Shown: piece by piece, positions 9,774 to 20,228 of the stretch
How positions within the stretch are numbered: position 1 is the stretch's first letter
Layout: each line of letters starts with the position of its first letter
Assembly: GCA_963536065.1 (NCBI GenBank)
Contig: CAUSYU010000001.1
Location: 1 to 61,667 of the forward strand
Source: an uncultured Candidatus Saccharibacteria bacterium
GTDB lineage: Bacteria; Patescibacteriota; Saccharimonadia; Saccharimonadales; Saccharimonadaceae
Direction of reading: 5' to 3'
Length of the DNA stretch: 61,667 nt
Translations under genes and position numbers: made by a program
The notes under the pieces: generated by a model
What the model was told of the DNA's origin: nothing
Databases searched by the model: none
Seen by the model: only the letters and a program-made list of their open reading frames with translations

Positions 9774-11666
9774 ATGGGTAAAATTATCGGAATTGACCTC
9801 GGTACAACCAACAGCGCTTTTGCGTACATGCTGGCAGGCAAGCCAGAAGTTATCGCTAACGCTGAGGGTAACCGCACGACGCCATCAGTGGTGGCGATTA
9901 ATAAAAAGGGTGAACGCTTGGTCGGGCAAGTAGCGCAGCGCCAGCGGGTGACCAATCCAAAGAACACTATTTACGGTGTGAAGCGGTTGATCGGCCGTAA
10001 GTTTACTGACAAGGAAGTCCAAAAAGACCTGGACATCATGCCGTACCAGATTGTCAAAAAGGGCACTGGCGTAGCCGTGAAAATGGGCGACAAAGAATAC
10101 ACACCAGAAGAAGTTTCAGCCATGATTCTCAGCAAAATCAAAGCTGATGCTGAGGCGTTCTTGGGCGAAAAAGTCACCGAAGCGGTCATCACGGTGCCGG
10201 CCTACTTCGACGATTCGCAGCGCCAAGCCACCAAAGATGCTGGTAAAATTGCCGGTCTGGAAGTTAAACGCATCATCAATGAACCAACGGCTGCTGCTCT
10301 GGCGTACGGCCTGGAAAAAGGTAAAAATGACGAAACTATCGTGGTGTTTGACCTCGGTGGTGGTACCTTTGACGTTTCCATCTTGGAGCTTGGCGATGGT
10401 GTGTTTGAGGTGAAGGCAACGAATGGTGACACCCACCTGGGTGGTGAGGACTTTGACAACGTCATCGTTAATTACTTCCTGGATGACTTCAAGTCTAAAG
10501 AAGGCATTGACCTACGCAAAGACAATGCGGCCATGCAGCGTCTAAAGGATGAAGCCGAAAAGGCCAAGAAGGAATTGTCGACAGTCACTGAATACGAAGT
10601 TAATATTCCGTTTATCACCGCTGATGCTGATGGACCAAAGCACTTTGAGCTGAGCCTGACGCGAGCCAAGTTGGAAGATTTGGTGAAAGATTTGTTGGAT
10701 CGCCTTGACGGCCCAGTTGAAAAGGCGCTGAAAGACGCTAAATTATCAAAATCTGACGTCAATGAAATCGTTATGGTCGGCGGTATGACTCGTATGCCAG
10801 CAGTGGTCGAGCGGGTGAAGAAGTTGTTCGGTAAAGACCCAATGCAAGGTGTCAACCCGGACGAAGTGGTGGCGGTTGGTGCAGCCATCCAGGGCGGTGT
10901 GTTGGCTGGCGATGTCAAGGATGTGCTACTACTGGACGTGACGCCACTGAGCCTTGGTATCGAGACGATGGGCGGTGTGTCGACCAAGCTGATCGAGCGC
11001 AATACCACTGTGCCGACCAGCAAGAGTGAAGTATTCTCGACGGCCGCTGACAATCAGCCAAAAGTAGAAATCCATGTCTTGCAGGGTGAGCGCGAATTTG
11101 CTAAAGATAACAAGAGTCTGGGGCATTTTGAGCTCGATGGCATCGCGCCAGCACCACGCGGTGTGCCACAGATTGAAGTGACGTTTAATATCGACGCCAA
11201 CGGTATCCTTAATGTTACTGCTAAAGATAAAGGCACAGGTAAGGAACAATCGATTACCATCCAAAACTCTGGCAACATGAGCAAGGAAGATATCGAAAAA
11301 GCCCAGAAAGAAGCCGAACTCCACGCTGATGAGGACAAGAAAAAGCGCGAAACCGTTGACGCTAAAAACCAGCTAGAAAACGCCATCTATCAGGCAAAGA
11401 AAATGCCGGATGAGTTCAAAGATAAGATTTCTGAGGACGACAAGAAAGCGATTGACGAAGCGGTCAAGGAGGCAGAAAAGCACAAAGATGCTGATGACAA
11501 AGATGAGCTAGAAGCGGCAATCAAGGCTCTGCAGGATGCCATCATGCCAATCGGTGCCAAAATGTACCAGCAAGCTGCTGAGGACAACAAGGCTGATGAG
11601 CCTACGGGTGATAAAAAATCCGACAAAGACGAGCCGGTCGAAGGCGAGGTGGTTGACGAGAAATAA
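9774..11666 (+). CDS. dnaK: Chaperone DnaK (Hsp70)
   Basis: [42 protein letters not shown]; start at ATG 9774 after AAAGGGG. Confidence 0.98.
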   Translation: MGKIIGIDLGTTNSAFAYMLAGKPEVIANAEGNRTTPSVVAINKKGERLVGQVAQRQRVTNPKNTIYGVKRLIGRKFTDKEVQKDLDIMPYQIVKKGTGVAVKMGDKEYTPEEVSAMILSKIKADAEAFLGEKVTEAVITVPAYFDDSQRQATKDAGKIAGLEVKRIINEPTAAALAYGLEKGKNDETIVVFDLGGGTFDVSILELGDGVFEVKATNGDTHLGGEDFDNVIVNYFLDDFKSKEGIDLRKDNAAMQRLKDEAEKAKKELSTVTEYEVNIPFITADADGPKHFELSLTRAKLEDLVKDLLDRLDGPVEKALKDAKLSKSDVNEIVMVGGMTRMPAVVERVKKLFGKDPMQGVNPDEVVAVGAAIQGGVLAGDVKDVLLLDVTPLSLGIETMGGVSTKLIERNTTVPTSKSEVFSTAADNQPKVEIHVLQGEREFAKDNKSLGHFELDGIAPAPRGVPQIEVTFNIDANGILNVTAKDKGTGKEQSITIQNSGNMSKEDIEKAQKEAELHADEDKKKRETVDAKNQLENAIYQAKKMPDEFKDKISEDDKKAIDEAVKEAEKHKDADDKDELEAAIKALQDAIMPIGAKMYQQAAEDNKADEPTGDKKSDKDEPVEGEVVDEK

Positions 11667-11688
11667 TCTCGGCATCGACTCGTGACAT

Positions 11689-11715
11689 AAACTACCCCTC
11701 TCAAGGGGTAGTTTT
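11689..11715 (+). terminator. Intrinsic terminator after dnaK
   Basis: AAACTACCCCT-ctca-AGGGGTAGTTTT. Confidence 0.8.
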
Positions 11716-11775
11716 GTATTGTCTGGACCAGGCTTATGCTTGCGCCGCTGCCAGTGAATTGCTATATAAGTAATT

Positions 11776-12516
11776 ATGAGCCAGTTTGATACATATTCTT
11801 CACGTCTTACAGTTGATGAGCAAGGGAGAGTTCATAAGGTAGGCAGACATATACTGGCATGCGCAGCTAGCCCCCAGGTCGAACTGATGCAACAATTGAT
11901 GGACGAGCAACCAAAACATCTCCTGGCACCGCTGGCTATTCGGGCAGCGCAGGGAGAGCTGCTCCACGAAGTATACCCGCTCATGGGCGCTACGTTAGAT
12001 AAGCAGAAACATATTGTACAACAAAAGATTAATGATGGTGAGATTGGCGCCAGGACAGTGCTCGATATGATGGTACAGGTGACAGAAGCTGCTGGATACC
12101 TCCACGAACGAGGATTGGTGCATCATGATATCCGACCAACGAACATCTTCTACGATGAGACTGAGGGCCGGCCAATACTGACGCTATTTGATTATAACCA
12201 GGTTAGATCTCCGTATATACAGACTAGACCGCATTCAAGCTGGAACAGGGAACATGCACCAGAGATTGCCAAGTCAGGCTCGCTCATTGATTACCGATTT
12301 GATGTGTATGCCATCGGTATGGTATTTCATGAGCTAACACATGATTTGATTTGGGAATCAGGCAGTGATCATCCAGAATACCGTATCAAACCTGCGCTTG
12401 CTCAGCAAAAAGATGTACGAGAAATAATGGCAATCGCTACTGGACCGTGGGAGGGTCGGTATAGCGATGCACGTGAATTGCACGCGGCACTGTGCGCAGC
12501 CAAATCACGAATTTGA
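11776..12516 (+). CDS. Ser/Thr protein kinase-like protein (atypical)
   Basis: YLHERGLVHHDIRPTNIF, LFDYN, HAPE, FDVYAIG, GRY. Confidence 0.75.
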   Translation: MSQFDTYSSRLTVDEQGRVHKVGRHILACAASPQVELMQQLMDEQPKHLLAPLAIRAAQGELLHEVYPLMGATLDKQKHIVQQKINDGEIGARTVLDMMVQVTEAAGYLHERGLVHHDIRPTNIFYDETEGRPILTLFDYNQVRSPYIQTRPHSSWNREHAPEIAKSGSLIDYRFDVYAIGMVFHELTHDLIWESGSDHPEYRIKPALAQQKDVREIMAIATGPWEGRYSDARELHAALCAAKSRI

Positions 12517-12531
12517 TAAAACTCTGCTGAA

Positions 12532-13329
12532 TTATTTTTTCATAACCTGCTGGAGTGTGTAGGCAGCAAGTTTTTTGGGAGCGCCTGTTGATGGAGTGAC
12601 TTCCATATCATCAGACTCTGGGAATAGGTCGTCAACTCGCTCGCCAATCTCACGCGATATCGCCTCCCAGAGCAGTTCAATGTCCATAACTTCGCGTCGG
12701 TCTTGATATGGCTCATGGTACTCTGCGTGTACTGAATGGTAGGTAGGATCTAGCGTAACGGCAATTCTTTCCAGCTGATGCATTGGCGTCTTGTCGATTG
12801 CTGGGCGGCTTAACGGTGGTATATTGTGATAATTCCGCGGCTTGATGGCAAGGGTGGCTTGATTGGCGGCATCAACCGTGGTGCCGAGCGTTTCAAGCCG
12901 TTCGGTTTCTCCGTTTTTAAAGCCAAATTTTGTGACCAGCCAGGCATCAGGGTCGTCGCGCCAGTTATCTTTCATGACCGAGAGGGCGCTGTACTGAGGT
13001 TCTCCGTCATAGTCCTCCCAACGGACAACACCAGCGATGATCGGCACTGAAAATATACGTTTTTCACCGTTAATTTCTAGTTCTGGCCAAGGGTGCCTAC
13101 CAGCATTTCGTTGTTCACGGTCATAATCACCTATAGTTAGCCATTTGAACACGCCAAATTGTTCAGCTAGTTCTGGTTCTTCGGCCAGTTTTTTAGCCAG
13201 CGGCATTAAACTTTCGATTTGTTTTTCTTCTTCAAGCGAGTAAAACTTTTTCTCCAGCTCTTCAAAGCTCGATGGAGCTGTGCTAAGGTTGGTATTTTGC
13301 CGTTCTACGGCTACTGTTGTCTGTACCAT
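12532..13329 (-). CDS. Hypothetical acidic protein
   Basis: 265-aa ORF with GAGGA RBS; no recognised family. Confidence 0.7.
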   Translation of the reverse strand: MVQTTVAVERQNTNLSTAPSSFEELEKKFYSLEEEKQIESLMPLAKKLAEEPELAEQFGVFKWLTIGDYDREQRNAGRHPWPELEINGEKRIFSVPIIAGVVRWEDYDGEPQYSALSVMKDNWRDDPDAWLVTKFGFKNGETERLETLGTTVDAANQATLAIKPRNYHNIPPLSRPAIDKTPMHQLERIAVTLDPTYHSVHAEYHEPYQDRREVMDIELLWEAISREIGERVDDLFPESDDMEVTPSTGAPKKLAAYTLQQVMKK

Positions 13330-13434
13330 ATTGTCCTCGCTTCGACTTGTATTTATGTTTTTACAAAGCCTATGCTTCTCTGTATATCACAGAATATAAA
13401 AAAAGTCAAAAGATTATGTAAATTGGCTATCTAA

Positions 13435-13461
13435 CTAGCACTCTATTGACACGAGTGCTAA
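13435..13461 (+). promoter_or_regulatory. CIRCE operator upstream of dnaJ, overlapping the -35
   Basis: CTAGCACTC-N9-GAGTGCTAA; TTGACA 13446-13451, 17 nt, TACAAT 13469-13474. Confidence 0.92.
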
Positions 13462-13481
13462 CGAACCGTACAATAGAATAT

Positions 13482-14585
13482 ATGACCAAACGTGATTATT
13501 ATGAAGTGTTAGGCGTGTCTAAAACCGCTTCTGAAGATGAAATCAAAAAGGCTTTTCGTAAAGCTGCAGTGAAATATCATCCTGATAAAGAAGGCGGTGA
13601 TGAAGAGAAGTTCAAAGAGATCAATGAAGCCTATGAAGTCCTGAAAGACAAACAAAAGCGGCAGCGATATGACCAATTTGGTCATGCGGGTGTCGGCGGG
13701 GCTTCGGGCGGTGGCTTTGGCGGCAATCCATTTGAAGGCTTTGGCGGTTTTGGTGCAGAAGGTGTCAACTTTGATTTTGGCGGTGGCTTTGGCGACATCT
13801 TTAGTCAGTTCTTTGGTGGTGGCGCTGGGCGGCAAGGTGGTCCACGGCGCGGTCGTGACATAGAAACGACAGTGGCTTTGACGTTTGAAGAAGCTATTTT
13901 TGGTGTTGAGAAAAAAATCAGCCTGACGATGGATGATGAATGTGAACACTGTAAAGGCGAGGGTGTTGAGCCTGGATATAGTTTGAAGACGTGTGATGAT
14001 TGTAAAGGGTCTGGCCAGCAGATGCGGGTGATGAATTCCATCTTTGGGCAAATTCAACAAGCTATCACCTGCCCAACTTGTAATGGTCGAGGTAAAATCC
14101 CTGAAAAGAAATGTTCAGTTTGCCACGGCAAGGGAACGACGCGTAAGAACCGCGAGATTACGGTCAAAATTCCAGCAGGTATTGATGATGGTGCGGCTAT
14201 TCGCTTGCGCGGGCACGGTGAAGCGGTCCAGGATGGTGAGCGGGGAGATTTGTATGTTCAGATAAGAGTCAAAGCTCACAAAAAGTTTACCCGTGAAGGC
14301 GATATCATTCTTTCGGAAGAGCATGTTTCTATGGTTGATGCGGCGCTGGGTACGGAAATTGATGTTGAAACGGTGGACGGTGTAGTGCGCATGAAAGTTC
14401 CGGCTGGCACCCAAAGCGGTACTGATTTTAAGCTATCAGGGCATGGCGTGCCACACCTGAGAAATGACGCTCGTGGCCCGCACATCGTTGGTATCATCGT
14501 TGATACGCCAACCAAATTGAGCAAAAAACAACGTGAACTTTTGGAACAATTTAACACCTCCAAAAAGCGCGGTTTGTTTTCCTGA
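13482..14585 (+). CDS. dnaJ: Chaperone DnaJ
   Basis: KRDYYEVLGV, HPD, G/F-rich region, four CxxCxGxG zinc motifs. Confidence 0.97.
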   Translation: MTKRDYYEVLGVSKTASEDEIKKAFRKAAVKYHPDKEGGDEEKFKEINEAYEVLKDKQKRQRYDQFGHAGVGGASGGGFGGNPFEGFGGFGAEGVNFDFGGGFGDIFSQFFGGGAGRQGGPRRGRDIETTVALTFEEAIFGVEKKISLTMDDECEHCKGEGVEPGYSLKTCDDCKGSGQQMRVMNSIFGQIQQAITCPTCNGRGKIPEKKCSVCHGKGTTRKNREITVKIPAGIDDGAAIRLRGHGEAVQDGERGDLYVQIRVKAHKKFTREGDIILSEEHVSMVDAALGTEIDVETVDGVVRMKVPAGTQSGTDFKLSGHGVPHLRNDARGPHIVGIIVDTPTKLSKKQRELLEQFNTSKKRGLFS

Positions 14586-14630
14586 TTAGCTCGCGGTTTA
14601 TATATAAAACATAAGTGTTATAATTGAGCT

Positions 14631-15125
14631 ATGGAGCTTATGCAGACAGCTCGTAAGGGGCATCATTTCATTTCTCGATGTATCATGATTATGATCATTG
14701 TGATGATCGCTTACGGTGCCTATACTTTGCTGTGCGATGTCAATAAGCCTCGCCCAGTCGTGGTCAGGGCTGGCCAGGCGACACTGCAAGCTGAAATTGC
14801 GGAAACGGCTGAGCAGCGGTATAAGGGTCTGAGTGATCGGTCTGGTCTGACGGAAAACCAAGCAATGCTGTTTAAATTTGAGGGTGATGACAAGTGGGAA
14901 ATGGTGATGCGCAATATGAGTTTTCCGCTCGATATCATCTGGTTAGATAAAGACAAAAAAGTAGTACACATTGAGCATGAGGTGCAGCCTGATGCTGAGC
15001 CGTATGAAATATACAAACCAAAAGTGCCGGCACGCTACGTTTTGGAAGTGGCTGCTGGTGTAGCTAAAAAATCGAGCATCGTCAAAGGCGCCAAAGTAGA
15101 ATTTACGACCGAGGCGACGCAATGA
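14631..15125 (+). CDS. DUF192 family protein with N-terminal TM
   Basis: AEIAETAEQRYKGLS, AMLFKF, MRNMSFPLDIIWLD, RYVLEVAAG. Confidence 0.85.
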   Translation: MELMQTARKGHHFISRCIMIMIIVMIAYGAYTLLCDVNKPRPVVVRAGQATLQAEIAETAEQRYKGLSDRSGLTENQAMLFKFEGDDKWEMVMRNMSFPLDIIWLDKDKKVVHIEHEVQPDAEPYEIYKPKVPARYVLEVAAGVAKKSSIVKGAKVEFTTEATQ

Positions 15126-15613
15126 ATGTAGCGGTGTTGCTCTTGGCGGTTCTGGTGGTGATTTTTGTGGTGGTGTTGGTGACAGGTAGGCGCATCGGTC
15201 CACTGGCCCTAGCGGCTGCTGCTGGGTATATTTTTGTGGAATTGTGGATGGAAACTGTGCGCGTCATTTTGGGTGGCGTGGGTATCAACCTGCCATGGCT
15301 GCCTGATGGCGTGGTGGCAGCGCTGATATTGCTGCTCGTACCCATGGGGATGCTGATGGTTGGTGGCCCAAAATACCACAAGAAACATGAAAAGCTGGTG
15401 GCGGCAGCTGTCGTGACTTTGTTGGTGGCGGCGCTATTGGTCGGTGTCTTGGCGAAATATCTTGCGGTTGATGGTGCGGCACAGACAGTAGTGCGGCAGC
15501 TGACTTCCTGGCGCCAATATATTATTACCGCTGGCTTGGGGGTGGGTTTGGCGGATTTATTTTTACTGCACACTGTCAAAACAAAGTCTAAACCTGGTCC
15601 AAAGAAGCATTGA
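15122..15613 (+). CDS. Hypothetical integral membrane protein
   Basis: Several hydrophobic helices; ATGA overlap with the upstream gene. Confidence 0.75.
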   Translation: MNVAVLLLAVLVVIFVVVLVTGRRIGPLALAAAAGYIFVELWMETVRVILGGVGINLPWLPDGVVAALILLLVPMGMLMVGGPKYHKKHEKLVAAAVVTLLVAALLVGVLAKYLAVDGAAQTVVRQLTSWRQYIITAGLGVGLADLFLLHTVKTKSKPGPKKH

Positions 15614-15657
15614 TATACTGCGTGTTATGTGCTAGAATGAAGAAGTTCATTCTTGAT

Positions 15658-15734
15658 GGGCCCATAGCTCAGTTGGTTAGAGCACCTGCCTTTTAAGCAG
15701 GGTGTCCCGGGTTCAAGCCCCGGTGGGCCCTCCA
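15658..15734 (+). tRNA. tRNA-Lys(TTT)
   Basis: GGGCCCA/TGGGCCC acceptor, CCTGC-CT TTT AA-GCAGG, TTCAA T-loop, CCA. Confidence 0.96.
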
Positions 15735-15735
15735 G

Positions 15736-17223
15736 ATGACGAACATATGCAGTGATGTTATTCGGGTGTGGCAGAAAACTTTGGACATGACGAAGTATCT
15801 AGACGACTTAAACGTACCGCCCCGATATACCAAAATAGTAGAAAAACACAGTGATGATTTGAAGAATTTTGTTGGGATGCGATGTGGTGTCCCAATTTTT
15901 TCTGGCAGCCAAGAGGTAACCAATCCTACTACCAAAGAGCCAGTTGGATATGCTCAATATATCCAGCTGGGACAAAACCCGGTGACGATATGGAGTGGCA
16001 TGTCTCGTTACCGAGTGGGTGTCGGGAGTGTGCTAACAAAGATTGATGACCTCCTGGGGCAAGAATATAGGAGAAAATTATCCATTGATATGGGCTTAGC
16101 TGGAGTTAGAGGAGCGACACTGGCGGGTGCTGCTGGCGGGGCGCTAGAATGGTTTAACTTTGCTCCAACGGTCAGCTTATCTGGAGTGGCGGCAGGAATA
16201 GCAACCGGTGGCTTGAGCTTTGCATATAACCGCCAGCGTCGTAAAAAAGAGTTTGGAGCACAGATTAAAGGACTGAGTGAATGTTTCTCGAGTATGGGAA
16301 GGAGAGCCGTGAGGCCTAATTTATTAGCACCGGACTCGTATGTTAGTGGTGATATGCAGACTGGTTTGGCGGATAGTCAGGGAGCGGGTAATATCTACTT
16401 TATTGGTAATATGCCGGTCGATCAACAGCAGCGAGCTGATCGTTTTTGGCACCGGGCTGATCAAATTTTAGAAGAATATGGATTTACAGAATGGCAGGAC
16501 TATCAGTCTGCCGGCTTGCCGGCGCTAATTGAACGAATATTGGATGATTTTGACGGTAATGGTGACTTTAGTTATGACGAAAAAAGAAGTGCTGGTGATA
16601 GTATAAAATCTTTTACGTATTGGCGTGATACTGCAATTGAAGATATGAAAGACCTACAGGATAAAGCGGAGTCACAAAGACTACTGCAGCAGTATGATAG
16701 CAAAGGTTCTAAACGGCAGCCGGTAGACAGAAAGGGGACTTTGGTGGCATCAGGCTGGGCATTATTATCAAAGGTAATTGGTCATGAAGATGATGAATTA
16801 CGGAGGAATGCATCTAGTATGCTACCAAGTGGCGACTCTCGAAGAACAGTTACTCAGCAGATCAGGAGTCTTGACCGTAAATATGAAGAGCATTTTCGTA
16901 AGTGTATTAAAAGACTGCGGGAAATTGTTATTGATTCACGAAAGAGGATTAACCAGTCTGAACTCACTAAAACATATGGAGGAGAGAGTAGGCTGCAAAA
17001 AGTCTTCTGGGGAGAATTGAGTGAAATTTTAGCCAGAAACGATATTGATCCATATGATGAGTCGGTGTCTCAGCCCGTGCGATTTATCTTGGACTTGCCT
17101 AAAATAGCTCCGGGGATCGGGAGAGATCAACTACCTTCAGCTGACAGACTGAATGAGTTACGTGGAATATTCCAAAGAATATGTTCCCGAGAATATCCTG
17201 ACGTTGAAACATCTTCTTTTTAA
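15736..17223 (+). CDS. Hypothetical protein with central Gly/Ala hydrophobic hairpin and helical C-terminus (start uncertain)
   Basis: 495-aa ORF; GLAGVRGATLAGAAGG...GVAAGIATGGLSF. Confidence 0.7.
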   Translation: MTNICSDVIRVWQKTLDMTKYLDDLNVPPRYTKIVEKHSDDLKNFVGMRCGVPIFSGSQEVTNPTTKEPVGYAQYIQLGQNPVTIWSGMSRYRVGVGSVLTKIDDLLGQEYRRKLSIDMGLAGVRGATLAGAAGGALEWFNFAPTVSLSGVAAGIATGGLSFAYNRQRRKKEFGAQIKGLSECFSSMGRRAVRPNLLAPDSYVSGDMQTGLADSQGAGNIYFIGNMPVDQQQRADRFWHRADQILEEYGFTEWQDYQSAGLPALIERILDDFDGNGDFSYDEKRSAGDSIKSFTYWRDTAIEDMKDLQDKAESQRLLQQYDSKGSKRQPVDRKGTLVASGWALLSKVIGHEDDELRRNASSMLPSGDSRRTVTQQIRSLDRKYEEHFRKCIKRLREIVIDSRKRINQSELTKTYGGESRLQKVFWGELSEILARNDIDPYDESVSQPVRFILDLPKIAPGIGRDQLPSADRLNELRGIFQRICSREYPDVETSSF

Positions 17224-17261
17224 CATGTGTATTTCAAGAATATATGTCATACTAAAGACAT

Positions 17262-18716
17262 ATGATGATACGCAATCTGACCAGGGAGCTGCATATTTCT
17301 TGGCTGGTGGCGGCGTGGTGTTTGGGGTTGACAGTTGGCGTCATTGCTATTCATCATGTTCCACGGTCAATGATGTTTGACTGGCGGACTTTGGTGCTTG
17401 GGCTAGGGTTGCTGGCTGTGGCGATGATCTGGCGATGGCGGGCGTTGATGATTGTGGCGATTATCGCTGGTGGCTTGGTGGGCTTGTGGCGCGGTGAACT
17501 GGGCCGAGCCGGTTTGGAAGTGTATGATTCATTGATTGGCAAAACCGCCATTATTCAGGGTCGTGTTCTGGAAGATCCTGACATCGACAAGAAAGGACAA
17601 ACGGTGTTGCGATTGAGTGATCTGCGGATCAATGGCGAGAAATTGGCGGGACAATTGTGGGCGGTGACGGCTGATAAGCGTCCCATCAAACGCAGCGACA
17701 TCGTTCAAACTCAAGGAAAATTGACGGCGGGATTTGGGGCTTTTTCGGCGAGTATGTATCGGGCGAAAATTGGCAGCGTTGAGCGTCCAATCCCGGGCGA
17801 CGTGGCGGTTGGGGTGCGCGACTGGTTTGCTGAGCGGGTGCGCAAACATATTCCAGGGTCTGAGTCGGCGCTGGGTTTGGGATTTTTGTTGGGGCTACGG
17901 CGAGCTATGCCGACGGAACTGAGCGATAATTTAAAGGTTGCTGGTCTGACGCACATCGTGGTGGCTAGCGGTTATAATTTGACGATTTTGGTGCGACTAG
18001 CGCGGCGGTTATTTGCCAAACGGTCAAAATATCTAGCAATGCTCAGTGCGGCAACGATGATTCTTGGATTCATGGCGGTAACGGGTTTGAGTCCGAGCAT
18101 GTCGCGGGCTGGGCTGGTGGCTGGACTAAGCCTGGCAGCGTGGTATTATGGGCGGACGATTCATCCGCTGGTGCTGCTGCCAGTTTCGGCGGCGATTACG
18201 CTGATGGTCAATCCGCAATTTGGTTGGGGCGATTTGGGCTGGCAACTGAGCTTTGCGTCGTTTACGGGCGTGATCATCCTGGCGCCGCTGCTGCACAACT
18301 ATTTCTTTGGTGGCAAAGACCCTGGCACGTTTCGGCAAATTTTGATCGAGACGTTGTCGGCGCAGCTTGCGACACTACCGCTGTTGATGATGAGCTTCGG
18401 CGTGGTTAGTAATGTAGCGCTGATCGCTAATATGCTAATTTTGCCGTTCGTGCCGCTGGCGATGCTATTGACCTTTGCGTCGGGCGTGCTGGCGGTAGTG
18501 CCGATGATCGGTGCGGCTATTGCTCTGCCGACGACCTGGCTGCTGGGCTATATGATTCAGGCGGCCAACTGGCTGGCGAGCTTGGAGTGGGCGCAGATGG
18601 AAGTGAATATCACTTGGTGGCAATGCGGTTTGATGTATGCGGCGATGATTGGTGTTATATGGTGGATGAAAAAGCAGACGAAATTGAACCTTGGGAGGGT
18701 AAATATAGTCGAATGA
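17262..18716 (+). CDS. comEC: ComEC/Rec2 competence channel (no C-terminal metallo-beta-lactamase domain)
   Basis: GLTHIVVASGYN, SPSMSRAG, DLGWQLSF, ANMLILP; many TMs. Confidence 0.92.
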   Translation: MMIRNLTRELHISWLVAAWCLGLTVGVIAIHHVPRSMMFDWRTLVLGLGLLAVAMIWRWRALMIVAIIAGGLVGLWRGELGRAGLEVYDSLIGKTAIIQGRVLEDPDIDKKGQTVLRLSDLRINGEKLAGQLWAVTADKRPIKRSDIVQTQGKLTAGFGAFSASMYRAKIGSVERPIPGDVAVGVRDWFAERVRKHIPGSESALGLGFLLGLRRAMPTELSDNLKVAGLTHIVVASGYNLTILVRLARRLFAKRSKYLAMLSAATMILGFMAVTGLSPSMSRAGLVAGLSLAAWYYGRTIHPLVLLPVSAAITLMVNPQFGWGDLGWQLSFASFTGVIILAPLLHNYFFGGKDPGTFRQILIETLSAQLATLPLLMMSFGVVSNVALIANMLILPFVPLAMLLTFASGVLAVVPMIGAAIALPTTWLLGYMIQAANWLASLEWAQMEVNITWWQCGLMYAAMIGVIWWMKKQTKLNLGRVNIVE

Positions 18717-18729
18717 TATAATAGATGCC

Positions 18730-19344
18730 ATGACAAGAATGATAATTTTGATTGGCGGCATGCCAACAACTGGCAAAACAACCTTGGCGCGGGAGTTATC
18801 TCGGAGGTTGGCTTTGCCGTGGCTGTCAACTGATCAAACACGGTTGGTCATGCAGGGCGTGGCAGATCCAAAACAATATCCGCATCTATTGTCGGCGCAC
18901 GGGTTGTCAGCAGCTGAGTTTTTCCAGCAATTTTCACCAGAAGAGATAGCTGAAAGAGAATATATGCATGGCGTTGAAGCGTGGCCTGGCAATAAGAAAT
19001 TAATCGAGGATGATTTTACCTGGCGTGAAGGTTTTGTATTGGAAGGTGTTAATATTTTACCATCGCTGCTACCGTCATTACAGACCGCTAGTGATGTACG
19101 ATCAATATTCTTGACTGACGAAGGCGATGACGCGTTGAGGAAGGCGATATTTAGTCGCGGACTATATGCGGATGCTGACACATATGCTGATGAGCTGAAG
19201 GAACATGAGATTACTTGGGCGCGGCTGTTCGATCAGCAAATTCAGGCTGAGGCGCAGCAGTATGGCTATCCTGTCGTTCGCATACAGAAAGACAGTGAAA
19301 TTGATGTGCCAAACATGTTGTCAGCTTTGGGCTTACCAGTCTAA
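18730..19344 (+). CDS. P-loop kinase, 2-phosphoglycerate kinase-like
   Basis: IILIGGMPTTGKTT, LSTDQTR, VLEGVNILP. Confidence 0.7.
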   Translation: MTRMIILIGGMPTTGKTTLARELSRRLALPWLSTDQTRLVMQGVADPKQYPHLLSAHGLSAAEFFQQFSPEEIAEREYMHGVEAWPGNKKLIEDDFTWREGFVLEGVNILPSLLPSLQTASDVRSIFLTDEGDDALRKAIFSRGLYADADTYADELKEHEITWARLFDQQIQAEAQQYGYPVVRIQKDSEIDVPNMLSALGLPV

Positions 19345-19412
19345 ATTGTCTCACGTCTGTATTTGATATATAATACTAACAGATTGAACATAGATAAACG
19401 GTAGGAGAACGT

Positions 19413-20129
19413 ATGTCAGGACATAGTAAATGGGCAACGACGCACCGGCAGAAAGCGATTGTTGATGCGAAGCGTGGTGCGATTTTCACGAAGTTGGGTA
19501 ACCAAATTGCAATTGCGGCGCGTGGCGGCACTGATCCGACATTGAATTCAAGTTTGGCAATGGCCATTGAAAAAGCCAAGGCTGCCAATATGCCGAGCGC
19601 TAATATCCAGCGGGCGATTGACCGCGTAGCTGACAAAAGCGCAGCAGCGCTGGAAGAGATTGCCTATGAAGGCTATGGTCCGGGTGGTGTCGGTATCATC
19701 ATCGAAACTGCGACCGACAATCGCAACCGCACTTTGCCAGAAGTGAAAACGGCACTAGTCAAAAACGGCGGGCGCATCGCTGACGCTGGCAGTGTGGCAT
19801 TTCAATTCACCCGCAAGGGCGTGATCACCGTGGAGGGCATGGGCGAGGAATTGCTCCTGCAAGTGTTGGATGCTGGTGCCGAAGATGCAGTTGAGGAAGA
19901 CGGCGAAATCATTGTTTACACGGAGTTGAAAGATTTGGCGAGCGTTAGGAATAAATTAGTAGAGCAGGGCTTGAAGGTGAAAGACGCCGAGCTGCGCTAC
20001 ATCGCTAATACACCAGTTGAGATCGCTGATGCAGAAACCGCACAGAAATTGATGAAAGTAGTTGATGCGCTGGACGACCTAGACGATGTGGTGAATGTAC
20101 ACACTAACGCCAATATCACAGCAGAATAG
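19413..20129 (+). CDS. yebC: YebC/PmpR family protein
   Basis: MSGHSKW, YEGYGPGG, TDNRNRT, LDDLDDVVNVHTN. Confidence 0.95.
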   Translation: MSGHSKWATTHRQKAIVDAKRGAIFTKLGNQIAIAARGGTDPTLNSSLAMAIEKAKAANMPSANIQRAIDRVADKSAAALEEIAYEGYGPGGVGIIIETATDNRNRTLPEVKTALVKNGGRIADAGSVAFQFTRKGVITVEGMGEELLLQVLDAGAEDAVEEDGEIIVYTELKDLASVRNKLVEQGLKVKDAELRYIANTPVEIADAETAQKLMKVVDALDDLDDVVNVHTNANITAE

Positions 20130-20141
20130 CATGATTATCAG

Positions 20142-20177
20142 AAAAAATCGCCTCATTCTCGGGGCGGTTTTTGTTTT
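20142..20177 (+). terminator. Probable intrinsic terminator after yebC
   Basis: AAAAATCGCCTC-attctc-GGGGCGGTTTTT. Confidence 0.65.
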
Positions 20178-20228
20178 GGCAAAAAGTACGCTACACTAAA
20201 AGTAGTTAACCATAAGCAAGGGGCGAGC

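Noticed and set aside
9770..11704. Long antisense ORFs opposite dnaK (similar ones opposite recA, pilB, rny)
   Set aside because: Shadow frames from codon bias of conserved genes; no promoter, RBS or motifs.
14583..14585. Possible TGA recoding (genetic code 25, as in some CPR lineages)
   Set aside because: TGA ends dnaJ, ruvB and recA at the expected positions, and no conserved gene needs read-through.
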